Origin: Gordius albopunctatus
Lineage: Eukaryota
Direction of reading: 5' to 3'
Length of the DNA stretch: 64,000 bases
Assembly (NCBI GenBank): GCA_964276515.1
Contig: OZ193909.1
Location: 19,592,001 to 19,656,000 of the forward strand
A program made the translations under genes and the position numbers. Each line of letters begins with the position of its first letter. The first letter of the stretch is position 1. The notes under the pieces are model-generated. The model searched no databases. It saw only the letters and a program-made list of their open reading frames with translations, and was not told where the DNA came from. Positions 10,486 through 24,747 of the stretch are shown piece after piece.

Positions 10486-11816
10486 ATTTAATCTAATGAT
10501 ACTTTATGCGCGACGCTGCTAGAGTTTCATACTATATAAATAAGAAATAAACATTAATAGTAGTGATTCAAAGTTAAGAATGAAATCTGTGTTGAATTTA
10601 AGAAAGTGGTTTGATCATTTTTAGTCGCATATTACGTGAATTGCTTCGCATCAAAAGGCTTTTTTTAGTGGCAATTTAAATTAATATTATGAAGGGGTGC
10701 TTCAAATTAAAAAACCCCGTATAGTAGGCCCAAACAAAATGAGCAAGTTCACGCTGACTATTTGTAAAAATTATACACCTTAATTAAATATGAAGATTTA
10801 TAATATTACCGTATTAAATGGCTAGGAACTAAAAATTTTTTAATTATAGGAATCCTCTGGTTGATTCCAAACCAGTCAAAACATTCTAGGATTGTTTTTT
10901 CCACAACAACAAACCATTGCCTCACTATTCCAGTGCACGCATAGTTATCCCTGCCCCCTGTTATCCTTTTTAGTTTAAGTTCTACTAAAATCTGTTGTCT
11001 AAAACTACTAGGATTAATTAACGTATGTGTTTTTTAGTAATATGTTTCTATAATAGGTATGACAAAGGTTGAAATAAGATTTTTCGAATAATTAAAATAA
11101 CTGGGATGGATAAGGCCACAGAAGCAAAACACAACTGCAAATATTTTTATGACCATTCCCTTTAAGGGGACGATCGTTAATAAATGGGAACGATTATTAT
11201 TAAAGCGGTAAAGCTACAAGTTAAGGGAGGCGGTAGTAGATAAGTATAGTGTTTATGGGTTAAGTTGAACTCCTCATAAGAAATGTTAGGGTAATTGAAA
11301 ATAGTGAAAATTGGCAAGTATAAATAGGAAAATGGGTCATGGATCAGCACATATATCTTTCTGCCTATAAAAGAAGAGTAAAAAAAATTAAACTTCACTA
11401 CTTTGACTTTCCAGCTTTTTCTTAATTTCAAGTTCGCCTTCCCTCTTGCACTGCAGCCTTTACGAATATGTTAAAAACAATTAACTTCACCCGTCACCAC
11501 CTAAAACCCTTTTCCCTCTTTGTCCCAACACGAAATACTTATGGTGAGGACGTATTTTGTAATCTCCTATCGAACATTGAAGTCTCTCTCAACACGAAAC
11601 AAATTGCGTTAGGTCAGGATCAATCTCGAGCAAACATAAACAATGTTCCTTCAGGTTTCCCGGGCACGATAATAACATAGATTACTTAAATCTTAAGTGA
11701 GCTTTAGAATTCAAAGTTATACCATAATTTTTTTGTGATTAATAGTATTCATTATACAATTTATTAAAGCATGATAATAATTTGTAAGGAATAATGAAAT
11801 AATAGAGTGGTTTGTT

Positions 11817-14051
11817 CATACCCCGCCCGTGCAATGTGAAAAATACACTAGGGTTACTGCCTAACTCACAACGAAGGCGGTTAAGGAAACTAGTTGTGGA
11901 AAGAATGCGAATTACGTGCTGGAATGTGGGAACGTTGACGGGGAAGAGCATCGAGGTCGCACAGATGTTAAAAAGAAGAAAGGTACACATCGCCTGCCTA
12001 CAAGAGACGAGGTGGAACGGAACAAAAGCTTGGGAATAAGGAGAAGGATACAAGCTTTTCTACAGTGGGTCACCAAATCGTAGAAACGGGGTCGGTATCG
12101 TTCTAAGCGAATCGTACAAGGACAAGGTGGTGAAAGTCAAACGTTGTTCCGACAGGTTAATGTGGGTGAAGATTGCGGATCAAGGGGACCTCCTAACCGT
12201 TATGTGCGCGTATGCTCCCCAAATTGGGTGTTCGGAATCAGAGAAAGACATATTCTTCGAATCATTGGAAAAGGAAATACAAGGAATCCGACAGGAAGAA
12301 AGGCTAATTATTGGGACCGATTTCAACGCTCACGTAGGGAAAGATCGCCTCGGGTATGAACGCAATCATGGAGGCTATGGGCATGGTCTGAAGAACAAAG
12401 AAGGGGAAAAACTTCTCCAAGTATCCCAAGCATATGACATGGCGATCGTTAACACCTATTTTCAAAAGCGCGAAGATCATATTGTGACCTATAGAAGTGG
12501 GAAGCATTTTAGTCAAATCGACTATTTGCTTATACGGCGAAAGGACTTATGGAGTATCACGGATTGCAAAGTAATACCGGGAGAAGAAATCGCCATGCAA
12601 CATCGTCCCCTTGTTATGGATCTTGACAGAAGAGTATTTCCCGAAAGAAGAAAGATATATGAACCTCGAATTCGATACGAAAGGCTAAAGGATACGTCGA
12701 CGAACGAAGAATACCATCAAAAAGCCTCCTCACTCTTGGGTGCAAGGAAGTTGCAAAGGGACGTAGACGAAGATTGGGAGACGCTATCTAAGGACATTAA
12801 GGAAACAGCTATTCGTGTTCTAGGACAGACCAAAGGAGGCAAAGCTATGAATAGGGAACTATGGTGGTGGGATCAATCTGTTAAAGATTGCATCGAAAGA
12901 AAGAAAATTCTATATAGACGGTGGCATAAATCAAAAAAGTCGGAGGATTATCAAGAGCATAGGGACGCAAAGAGGGTCGCAAAAAAGGCCGTTGCAAAAG
13001 CGAAGAATGCTGCGTACACCGAAATGGCAAACAAACTAGATCATAAAGGGGGCGATAGACTTATGTACAAATTGGCCAAGATAAGGGAGAAGAAAAGTCG
13101 AGATGTCGGAGTTCTTAAAATAGCCAAAAGCGAGAAGTGTCAAACCTTATTCAAGCCGAAGGAAGCGATGGAAAGGTGAACCATCCAACCTCAAAGTACG
13201 AGACAAAAAGATTGGGATTCTGGACTAGTATCGCGCTCCGTTGATTACCTCTTATCGAGCAGCGATGATAGCCAGCATTACAACCTTAGGTCCCTCGCTT
13301 TTGACGGTTCCGGTCACGAGTGGCTTGAAGCCTATCCCAGCAAACTTTTGGGAATGCTGCTTGAAGACTTTGAGCTATCATATTCCATAGCTTTAAGGTT
13401 GGGGATTAGTTACAGCAGAGAATTCAACTGTCAAAACTGCCTTACCGTTGTAGACGAATATGCTAGGCACCCTCTACACTGCCTAGCAAACAAATATAAA
13501 TACGTTAGGCACACTAAAGCTAATTTATTAATTCAAGCTGCCCTTAAAAAGGCCAAAATCCCCTCAATCCTTGAGCCGTCAGATCCCTCTCTTGAAGGTA
13601 GGATGCGCCCTGACGGCTCTTCTCTAGTCCCCTGGCAAAATGGCCTATCCCTCAAATGGGATTTTACTTGTATTGACCTTTTTGCACCTTCCCATTTTAA
13701 TTACGACCCTATCGCTACAGAGGAAGGGCGTAAAACTACAAAGTATTCTGCCCTTTTGGCATCCAATATTTTTATCCCTGTCGTTGCCACGTGCTCTGGT
13801 TCCTTTGGAAAACAGGCAATGGGGTTTTTTAAAGAAATCGGAAAACGCACCCCGAAATCTAAAATTTCTGCGTCCTTTTTACTCAGGCAACAACTAGGGA
13901 TTCTTGTTGCACGATACAACTTTAAATCATTCGCCGACTCATGGCCCATTTTAGAAGAGAATGATATAAATCTTTGTATTTAACCAATATGTCTTTATTT
14001 TTGTATTTCACTTATTAATGTAACTTTGTTTCTTGAAAATAAACTTTTTAA

Positions 14052-14118
<67 letters not shown>

Positions 14119-15613
14119 ATTTTAAGAAACTTATGAATATTTTAAATGACAAGGATTCCCTTCCCGAAATTGAGCCAAATATAAGTATGGTCGAATTCTT
14201 TCAGAAGGATGAAGTTAGGACACAAATGAACAAGATGGAAAAATAAAAAGCAAATGGCCCATATGGAATACCTATGGAAGCATTGCTCGGATGTCGTGAA
14301 GAAGGAGTCACCACCATGACGAACCTCCTTAACAAGATATTGGTAGAAGAGCGAATCCCTAATCAATGGAGAGCAAGCACGATTATACCCTTATTCAAAG
14401 GAAAAGGAGACCCTCAGGACTGCAGCAATTACAGAGGTATCAAGCTAACTTGCCACTCTTTGAAGCTTATGGAAAGAATCTTAGTAACAAGGCTGAAAAA
14501 CTAGGTGGAAATATCGGCTAATCAATTCGGATTCGTGGCCGGCAAATCCACAATCGACCCAATCTTCGCCCTAAGACAAATGATGGATAAGTATGGTGAA
14601 AAGAAGAAAGACTTACCTATGGTTTTTATCGACTTGGAGAAAGCTTATGACACGATCCCCCGCGATTTAATATGGTGGTGCCTGAGGAAACAAAATATCC
14701 CTGACGCATATATACGGCTTATTAAAAATATCTATGAAGCCTCAAAATCTTGCGTTAGGACGACAGTTGGAGACTCTAAACCTTTTCGGGTTAATATTGG
14801 ATTACATCAAGGCTCTGCTTTAAGTCCCTTCTTATTTAATATAATTATAGACACGATAACGAGGGACTTTCAAAAGCCATCGCCATGGTGTAAGCTATAT
14901 GCCGATGATATAGTACTATGCGAGGAAACAAGGGAGAAGGTATTCGAAGAAGCAGAAAAGTGGTCAAAGCGCTTAGCTGGATATGGTTTAAAGGTCAACG
15001 ATCAAAAAACGGTATACATGGAAATGAACGGTACAAGCACCCCATCGCTGGATGACCACCTAAAGTACCCAAAAGTAGACAGGTTTACTTACCTCGGCTC
15101 TATGCTACATCAAGAGGGAGGTTGTACAACAGAAGTCAATGCCCGGATCCAAAAAGGATGGCTTAAATGGCGAAGTATATCCGGTGTAATGTGTGACAAG
15201 AAAATACTAATATGGTTCAAGAGCAAAGCTTACAAATCCATCGTAGTCATGGAAGTGAAACATGGGCATTAAACACAACGAAAGAAAAGCTATTGCAAGC
15301 CACGGAGATGAAAGACGGTGAATTCCACTATATGACGCATGAACTATGCCAAAAATGAGTATTCAAGCTATGGCGAACATGATTAAATAAAATCGGATAA
15401 TGTGGTGTGGTAAGAATGATGTAAATATCAAAGTATTGAAAATGGAGCTGCCGGGTAGGAGATGAAGAGGACGACATCATGTCACGTGGAAAGGGCAAGG
15501 AGTTATAAAATCTAAAAAGATTAATCAAAGCATTGTACCCGATCAAGATAGAAGAAACTCATCAAAATAAACATCACGACTGTGGGACAAAATACTTGAT
15601 AAAGAGGAAGAAG
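11817..15613 (+). mobile_element. Near-full-length RTE copy (second subfamily), 5'-truncated, interrupted by a CRE-like element
   Basis: Collinear with the first RTE (APE ~11820-12620, RT 14115-15270); stops at ~12037 and ~14502; degenerate 3' end with GAAGAAG tail. Confidence 0.92.
13180..14114 (+). mobile_element. 5'-truncated CRE/MoTeR-like non-LTR element (CCHC knuckle + restriction-like endonuclease)
   Basis: CQNC..HPLHC..RH..N, RMRPDG..PWQNG..WDFTCID; AATAAA at 14038; pure A62 tail at 14053-14114; splits the RTE ORF. Confidence 0.88.
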
Positions 15614-16136
15614 TTTCTTGGGCTAATTAGGCATAAAATATTAAAACGCATGATAAGGACTTAGAAAATTTTCAAGAAAAGCATTACAAGCTCATAATGG
15701 GGAGGAGAAAGAATAGATGTATATGCGAAAAGAAATCGAGGTTTGTTAAATCATTACGAGAGGTTTAGGCAAAGATTCAGATCGGTGGTAGCGTTGAGAA
15801 AATTATACGAATTCAGATTAGTTGCTAAAGGAACGGCCAAAGTTGATCATTTTACGCAATAACTACAACCCTTATAATGCATAGGTTTTTTGCTGAGAAA
15901 CATTTTTTAACCCTACGACATTAATTTCTTCAACAGGCTTTAGGCAGTTTGAATGAATGCTGATTTTTTTATATGCATTTACATTTCAGTTTTTCATTAA
16001 CATTTTTGTACACTTTGTTTTAGCTTTTGCTACGCATCTTATGACCCATACTATAGCTATTTGGGAAGCTTGCATGTTATTACCATCATTACTTGTATTC
16101 CAAACTTTGTTCAATCCTTTATCTCTTTTTATACAT

Positions 16137-16681
16137 AATGCCCGGATTCAAAAAGGATGGCTTAAATGGCGAAGTATATCAGGTGTAATGTGCGACAATA
16201 AAATGCCAATATGGTTGAAGAGCAAAGCTTACAAATCCATCGTAAGACCGGTGTTACTCTATGGAAGTGAAACATGGGCATTAAACAACACGGAAGGAAA
16301 GCTATTACAAGCCACGGAGAGGAGAATGATACGGCGGAGCTTAGGGTATACTAAGCTCGACCATATGAAGAATGACTTTCTCATGACAAAAATGGGTATT
16401 CAACCTATGGCGGACATGATTAACAAAAATCGGCTAAGGTGATATGGGCATATACTAAGAAGGGACCCGGATGACGTAAATCGAAAAGTGCTAGACATGA
16501 AAATACCGGGGAAGAGAGGAAGAGGACGACCCCGTGTCATGTGGAAAAGGCAAGTCGATAAAGTTATGGAAACTAAAGAGATTAGTCAAGACATGGCACT
16601 AACCCGGTCAAGATGGAAGAGACTCATCAAAACAAACCCCACCAATGTGGGACCAAATAACTGATAAAGAAGAAGAAGAAG
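16137..16681 (+). mobile_element. 5'-truncated RTE copy
   Basis: NARIQKGWLKWRSISGVMCD...RPVLLYGSETW; ATAAA(GAA)n tail. Confidence 0.9.
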
Positions 16682-18774
16682 TTCATAAGATGATACTTAA
16701 TGACCCGATACGTATTAAATCCATACTAATAGATTGCTCATTGAGCATACATAAATGCAGAAATTTTATCCCGATTCCGACGCTATCTTGAACCACTTTG
16801 TTACAAGTATGTATTATACTCAAGTAGAAGGAGGGGTGGGAGGGGATAGAAGGTTTCTGATTAATGACAGCTTCTACAGTTATAATTAATTTTTATATTA
16901 AATCTAGAAACAAGCATCACAAAAATTACCCCTAGATTATAATGTCCTACTCTGCAACATTTAGATGTAATAACTCGAGATATAAATAAGTAATTGGTAA
17001 TCAAAAACATGCATATTTTTAAATTTCTTGCTTATAAATAATTGCAATTCTATTAAAATAATATATTGTATTAGTTAGATTGTATTAATTTTTTCTCAGA
17101 TAAATTTAAATCACGCCTTTAGGTCCAATGTAATTGTCATTGTTTTTTATGTACTTTTTTAGGTTTATCGTTTTTTGCTTATCTATTAATTTATAAAACT
17201 TACTCTGAAGTTAAGAGGGATTTTATTGCTAACAAAAACTAATAATATGCGTGTAGTCTTTCAAAATCATCCTGCATGTAAGATCTAGAAATTGGGAAGG
17301 GAACCGTGCACGTTGATATATGCTCAGGACGGATTTAATTTTGTTCCATCTAAACTGTTTGGTTGATAAAGTGTTTCCAAATATTAGCGCCCATTATCAT
17401 GATTGACTTTGGCTCCGCCAACGGGCTATTCTCGCCCCCAAGAATAATGACGTCCACGAGATTAACAATCTCATTATGTCTAACATTCAAGGCAATCTAA
17501 TTACTTACAAATCGGTTGACACTGCTGTTGTTATTGATGACGGAAATTATGCAATCGAATCTTTTAATTCAAATGATCTGGCAGGGATGCCACCTCACAT
17601 TCTGCATTTGAAAATTGGCCTACCAAACCAAGTATCGCGGCAGTCAGCCAAAATTTTGCAATGGTTTACGTCTCGCTGTTAAACGCTTGATGTGCAACGT
17701 TGAAGAAGCCACGATTTTGAGTGGACATGTGCATTTTTAAATTTTATAACTCCATGACAGGTATAGCTGTATATATCTTCCTTTTAGCCTATCTATTAAT
17801 ACCAATATGTTTCTTCCCCACCAACCATATTATTCTCCCAGTTTTATTCTTATTCAAACTTATTTTTAGGTAAATTCAAACATAGTTGTATTCCGGCCTT
17901 CCGAAGCTAGGTCCGAACCTGGCCGACAGGTCGGGCATATCTTAACATCTCTCAGGTAAAGTGAAAATCGTATATGTACGATCAAAATATTAATATATCC
18001 ATGGGCGTAGTCAGAGGGAGGCAGGGAGGGGTGGCTGCCCCCCATTCAAATCAATTTTTTTCAATTTATTAAAATTATGGTTAACATTTCAAAAAATTAT
18101 CCTTTTACTTCTGCCTAAATCATTATTGCCCCCCCCTCTAATTCCAATGCTGGCTACCCTTATGAATATACCATAAGTCCCTTTTTAAACTTTAACTACA
18201 CTTGCAGGTCTAAACTTATTATATCAATTTTTTTACTTTATACTTTTAAGTCATTATCTTTATACTGGTTTTTATTATAATCATACCTCACCTATAATAC
18301 CTTCACCTAATCAATGTTTTACTAGGTATAACGATATAACTATCTTTCTAATATTTTTTTCTCATACATAAATATTCCGCTTGCATTATACTCGCGGAAA
18401 TTTGTATAATTTCAAATTATTTCTCATTTCAACCAAATATTATAAAAGCCTTCATTTAACAAAGTTTTAAGGAGATCTTTTAATATCTCTTCATTTTGAT
18501 ACTATAGATTTTAAGCTATGACATTACACTACTATAAACGCTATACTACTAAAATATTTTTTAAACATTGCCTAACATTATAACTAACTTCGATACACCA
18601 GTGCAGTGTTTTATAAATTTTTGTTACCCAACTATGCACATTATCGTTAACATCGCACTTTTCAACATATAAAATTAACAAATACCTTATAAGTATTTTA
18701 AAATATTACAAATCTATTTAATTATGGATAAGTATGCCTTTTCCTATATTTTTTACATCATAAACGATTGACCC

Positions 18775-21700
18775 AAAATAATACCTTAATTCAAAGTGCA
18801 CTGAAGAGAGCAAATATCCCATCCATCTTGGAGCCATCGGACCCCTCCTTGGAGGGACGTATGCGTCCTGATAAATCTTCTTTAGTCCCATGGAGCAATG
18901 GTCTTCACCTTAAATGGGACTTCACGTGTATTAACCTATTTGCCCCCTCTAACTACAACAATGATTCTTTAGCTGTCGCAGAGGGGCGGAAAACTAATAA
19001 ATACAAAGCCCTATTATCCTTAAACATTTTTATTCCATTGATTGCTTCGTGTTCAGGCACCTTTGGCAAACAGGCCTTAGCCTTTTTTAAAGAGGTAGGA
19101 AGACGTTCTCCCCCGTCTAAACATTCGGTATACTTTTTACTTAAACAACGACTTGGTATTCTTATTAGAGCCCTGCAAAGTCACATTTTTTCAACCCGAA
19201 CTCGACCCGACCCAAAAGTGTTTTTAATTTTTCAACCCGAACCCGACCCGAAAGCGTTTTTAATTTTTTAACACGAAACCGACCCGACCCGAAAGCGTTT
19301 TTAATTTTTCAACCCGAACCCGACCCGAATTCGTTTTTAGTTTTTCAACCCGAAAGCGTTTAAAAATTTTTCAACCCAAAAACGACCAGACACGAAAGCG
19401 TTTTAAATATTTTAAATTGATTTGCCAAAATAAATTGGAGAAACAATTTGATGCCACGAATTTGAATAATAAATTTATTTGAGAGAATTATTATAATTAT
19501 GTATAAATATAATAGCGTCTAAAAGTAAACTCGACCTCCTATCTTCTAAAATTCTTCCAGCTGTAGAAAAAGATCTCTCACTGGACGCAGAGGAGGCAGG
19601 TATGGCCAGAAATTTACTAGCCAATAACCCTAAAGCAGGATATTTATAAGAATATATTCCCCACCGTTCTAATGTGTCGTATATTTCATCATCCTTTTTT
19701 GTAAGTTTATAATAAATATATTCATCAAGTTCACCTTTTTCTTGAACATTTTCATCGGCACATTCCTCCCAACCGGAAAAATCCATGAAAGACAAGTTAG
19801 CATTATTTTCAAAAATATATTTTAACATGAAGTTATATGTTAAATACCTAGCTGATTATTTTCCTTTGATACCTCCCTTTCAACAACTGGCTTTTTCTTT
19901 AGACTTTCGCAACTTTTATCATTCATTAATGACCTCATCTCGTCATAGAGCTCATTAAGCTCTTCAGGCTGCAACATTTTCATCTGTTTGTATTTCGGCG
20001 TTAAAAATGTAGCTACCTTGTAGTACATATCTTGATCGAATTTTTTATTTAATATTTGCTTGCACCTTTTGGCAATACCATGTAGTTCTGATTTAATGTC
20101 GTAATTTTTGGTGAAATCATTTAATTTGTAAAAATATAAAAGGACTTTATTTAAAGTTGGGGCCTTGTCAGTCTCAAGTTCTGTAATTGCCATATTGAAT
20201 GGCGTTAAGAACTTTGCCAACTCATCAAGCATATAAATGTCAATACATTTTATCTTTGAAGAGTCCCCGGTAGAGGTCAAAAGCGTTTCGACCTCTTCAT
20301 AATTCTTCAACAGCGATTCTAGCATTTTAAAACGGCTATTCCACCGCGTCCCTACATAACCATGTAATTTTCTATCTAATCTATTAATCAAGCTAAAATA
20401 AAATTATGAGCGTCTAATTAATATAAATAAATATTATCTCCAGACTGTTTCATATACGTAACTAAAAGTTTAGTGTCTTTTAGACAATTGTAAATTTCCA
20501 AGAAATCTTTCTTCAACACTTCCTCATCGAAAGTGTTTCTCAACACTGTATTTAATAAATGGCAAGCACAATTAAGGCGCTTCTGGGATTCAAGCGCCTT
20601 AATCATATTCGACCCTTGATCCGTGATAAGTGTTAAGTTAACAAAGTCATCCCTGGCATATCCTTTAAAAAATATTTATAAAAATTTAATAAAGTACCTT
20701 GAGATGTAAATTGTCTTAGCAATTCTTTTCTTACATTATCACCTGTTTTCTTATCCTCTTCAAATTTTGCTGTAAACAATACCACTTTCATTAACTGGTA
20801 TTTTTCAGTAATATAATGAACAGTTAATGTTATATAGCTATTTTTTTAAATCATCAGTCCACATGTCAGTTGTGGCTATAAAGGTAATAAGAATATACAA
20901 AAATATTAATTTACCTGCACAAAGACCTTTTAAAAAATACTTTGTTAACTTTGGTAGGAGCAAGGCCCTTAACTCATTAGCCCTATCCAGCATATTTCTC
21001 GATATTGTTGTTGGATTTGGACATATCTCAGAGATAGAAATATTGCCATATTTGCTCCCAATATAAATTAAGTAGGAGCATAAAGCAATAAATCCATCAC
21101 CATGGATTGATGCAAAAGATCTAAGATCTTTTGCACAGAAATCCACAATTTTGGCTGTGAGATCTTTTTTTATCTTATAGGAATCTTTGATTTTCATAGG
21201 GGGTTGATTCATTTCCAAAAAACCATCCAAAGAATGTTAATCTTTTTTTTTATCTGACACACATGTTTCCTTAGATGATTAGTTCCTAAGTTAAATATAA
21301 TATACCATAAACACTAACACTCTATAAACAGACCTTAGCTATTAGTCTATTAAATCCTACTATGATATTAACTATAAAGTATAAACTCCTCAAACTAATA
21401 TTTAATGTTTATTTATTTGGGACCACTTAAAAAATTTTTTATCTTTTTATATTTTATTTATATACCATCTTCAGACAAAAAACATTAAATATATAGCACT
21501 TTTTGATGTTAGATATGTTTAAATATCAAGGTGCACATGAAAATTTAATAAGCAAATGAGCAATTTGAAATGAAGTACAAAAATTAGAAAAATAATGGCT
21601 AATAACATAACAGTAGTAACTTTTAAATTTATATGATATATTACCTCTTAAAGTTACACCATATTTGTATATAGCATAACAGGTTGAGCATCTAACAAAG

Positions 21701-22427
21701 TCTATTTTCCTGTCATTTTCGTCATATATGAAATCAAATAATTGCCAAACCTTGGATTTACCCACCAAATTCTTTTCCACTCTATAGATTTTATTGTCAA
21801 TCAGCTTCTGTAATTTATGTGGATCCATAATAATTCACTTAATTAATAATAAATATTATAGTTATTATATATTTTACCTATGTAGAGTTTGAAATTGGCC
21901 AAATACAAAAATAAGAAGTGAATTACAAGGAAATCAATTAAATGAATGAATGAATGAGATTAATTAATGATACATTTCGATATTAATTAAAAAATGTTTT
22001 ATATGCAATAGCATTAATTTGAAAGATATGTTTGTTATGCAATATAAGATTTATAACCTTCAACTCGACCCGACCCGAAAGCGTTTTTAATTTTTCAATC
22101 CGAACCCGACCCGACCCGAAACTATTATAAAATTTTCAACCCGACCCGACCCGACCCGAAGGTATTTTAAAATTTTCAACCCAAACCCGACCCGATCCGG
22201 GCGTCGGGTCGGGTTTTGGGTCACCCGTGCAGGGCTCTAATTCTTATAGCCAAGTACAATTTTAAATCGTTCACGGATTCTTGGCCAATTTTGGAAGATC
22301 CCCTCGATGATGATATATTAGAATAGTGTATTATTTTATTTGACGCATTTTGTCTTTTATATTTTATGTATTTATATTATATTACTGTCAACGGATTTTT
22401 AACAAATAAACTTTTTAATAAAAAAAA
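18775..22427 (+). mobile_element. 5'-truncated CRE-like element interrupted by a hAT
   Basis: PSILEPSDPSLEGRMRPD...LGILI continues after the hAT as AKYNFKSFTDSWPILE; AATAAA and short poly(A) at ~22420. Confidence 0.88.
19166..22239 (-). mobile_element. Near-full-length hAT (Hermes/hobo-like) with an intron-containing, disabled transposase (21828-19475)
   Basis: TIR TAGAGCCCTGCA; TSD ATTCTTAT (19158-19165 / 22240-22247); (ACCCG)n subterminal arrays; BED finger, TTDMWTD, CACHLLNTVL, TRWNS, IPASSASSERSFS; frameshifts near 21245 and 20845. Confidence 0.95.
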
Positions 22428-23286
22428 TTATTTAGCTAATTAAGGACTAATCCAAAGCAACGTTTGGCCGGGCACAGCTAGTATTGATATAAATTTTTTA
22501 ATAACATTTTATAAGGTTTTAAAAATTTTCTAAAGTATAAATCAAATATTTTTAATTAAAGTCAAAATCTCCTATATTTTTAGCACTTTCCAATTCTATA
22601 GACGGAATGGCGATTCGAAAAAATACTCATTGTGATGGTAATCAAAGTCGTAGGTATGCAATTTATTTATTCGTTTACAAAAATAAAGCAAATTATGTTC
22701 ATCCATCACAAAACTTAACTAAATTAGGCAAACTTATTTATTCTTATTTTAATTCTTTTAAAAACGACAAAGAAAAATAAAGAATTTTAAATTAACAGGA
22801 TATTTTATTATCACATTATTATATTTCACTTAAACTTATAACACTTACACACTTCAAAAACGTATTTCATAATAATTGGCGTATTTTAAATTAAATATCG
22901 CAATAAGTAAATAAAAATAATTTGTTTTTATGGAAATAACAATTAACCTTCTTCAATTAATTATGTGATCTTTTGGAGAAAGAGATTCAAAAATTTTTAT
23001 TTATAAAACAAATATAGATGGCGCTCAAGCTAAAATTCTTAATCTCACCAAATTGGTGTTTTAAACGTTTTTATTATTATAAAAAAACTAATACTATTTG
23101 ATTGCCGACATAGGTTTCATATTAAAATTTTATAAAAATATTAAATTATATATATAAATTAACATTATAACCCTGAAGAATATAATAATAACCCCATTTA
23201 GGATTGCCCCAATTAACTTAAAAGTTTACTCTAATTAGCGCCATCTAGAAGCAATTTTAATTACAGATTAATTTGACTATATATAT

Positions 23287-24735
23287 TAGAGATTTGCACG
23301 GGCAGGCCCGGTCCGCTGGCCGGCAACGGGCTTTGTATCATAAAAATTTTAACGAGCCGGGCTTGGACGGGTTAACAATTAATGGAACTGGCTCGGGCGG
23401 GCCTGAGATTTTTTAACGGGCTTGAACGGGCCTGACTTTTTATAAACGGGCTTGAACGGGCCAGAGATTATCATTATATAACCGGTCATGGAATTACAAA
23501 GGTTCTTAAAAGTCAGGCAATTATATAAATAATAATTTTTATTAAATATGTAAATTATTAATTGCTTAATTTTGTAACCTCTAATTTTGTATATCCTGTA
23601 AAATTCATTCCTTTTTAAAGCGCTAAATTTGACTTTAAAACATTTTTATTCTATTTGTTTAGATTTTCGTTTTAATTTGAGATTATAGCTTCGTATATTC
23701 TTCTTTTATAAGTAAGTTCAATTACTTAGTAACAATGCACCAAATTTTTTTTGTTTATTTTTATCGAAAATTTTACTGGTATAATTATTATTAGGACCAT
23801 ATAATTTAATAAATATTTTTGTTCTAATCTAGGTGTATTAACTTATATAAATTAATCAAATCAATGTAAACTGCTTATTGAAAATTGAATATTCTCATGT
23901 AATTATATTAAAGTATTTTAAATGGTAATACTGATTTCTAACTTCTTAGGTGTATTAACTTAAATTAATCAAATAAAAGTTAATTGTTGAAAGTGGAATA
24001 TTCTTATGTAATTTTTTAAATTCATTTAATGGTAGTATCTAGTAGTGTTGTAAAAACGGCTGGCTGGTTTTTCCCAGCGTATTGCTAAGCTTAGTTTTTG
24101 GCGTTTTTTTTCACCCAGCCTTTTCAGTGTTAGGTGAATTTTCTTGGGAGGGCTTTGGCGTTTGGCGTTTTCGTAAAAAACACCCAAAGCGTTTTGGGTG
24201 AATTTTTGTGGGCCACCTTTGGCGTTTAGCTTTGGGTGTATTAAACACCTAAAGGGTTTGGGTGGATAATATTATTAACCTTTGGTTTGGTTTTGGTCGT
24301 TTTGGGTTGGGCATGCAAATATATCAATTTGTTTGTATTGTTCATCATATTTGCTGTATTTAGATTTAGGTAATGAGCTTTTAATTTAAGAGAATAAAAA
24401 TAGATGTATCATGACGTCTCTGAGTTAAACTTTTCCCATTGTGACGTCATAATAAACACTACTATATTGAAATATTCTAAGTGTATTAACTGCAGAAATA
24501 ATTGATGATTTATTATTTCAACATGATAATTATTGATTTTTTTTATGAATATGTCAAAAAATAATAAAATTTTGCGAAATTTTTGATGAATTGGGTCGGG
24601 CGCTGAGTTTTTTTTTAAAAATTGGAATGCACTTGCGTGGCCTGACGTTTTTTTAAACGGGTACGAACGGTCCTAAAAAATTTACGGACGGGCTCGGAGA
24701 GGCCTGAAGTGTTGAAAAAAATTTACGGGCGGGCT
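23287..24735. mobile_element. Degenerate hAT-type non-autonomous element
   Basis: Left end TAGAGATTTGCACGGG with CGGGC-rich subterminal arrays at both sides; no right TIR or TSD found. Confidence 0.5.
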
Positions 24736-24747
24736 TATTTATAAATA

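Larger units (their letters stand above)
16720..22481 (+). mobile_element. Non-autonomous Helitron carrying a PIF1-helicase remnant (~17280-17730); hosts nested insertions
   Basis: RAILAPKNNDVHEINN...GMPPHILHLKIG...CNG helicase motifs; 3' hairpin CCAAA-GCAACG-TTTGG then CTAG|T at 22478-22482; candidate 5' end A|TCCATACTAATA at 16720 (less certain). Confidence 0.65.

Noticed and set aside
7899..10496. Antisense and alternative-frame ORFs over the RTE
   Set aside because: Shadow ORFs of a GC-richer coding region with no recognisable motifs.
19195..19410. Repeat-spacer-like ACCCGA arrays resembling CRISPR (also 3965-4085, 22060-22230)
   Set aside because: They are hAT subterminal repeats next to TIRs; spacers are not unique and there are no cas genes.
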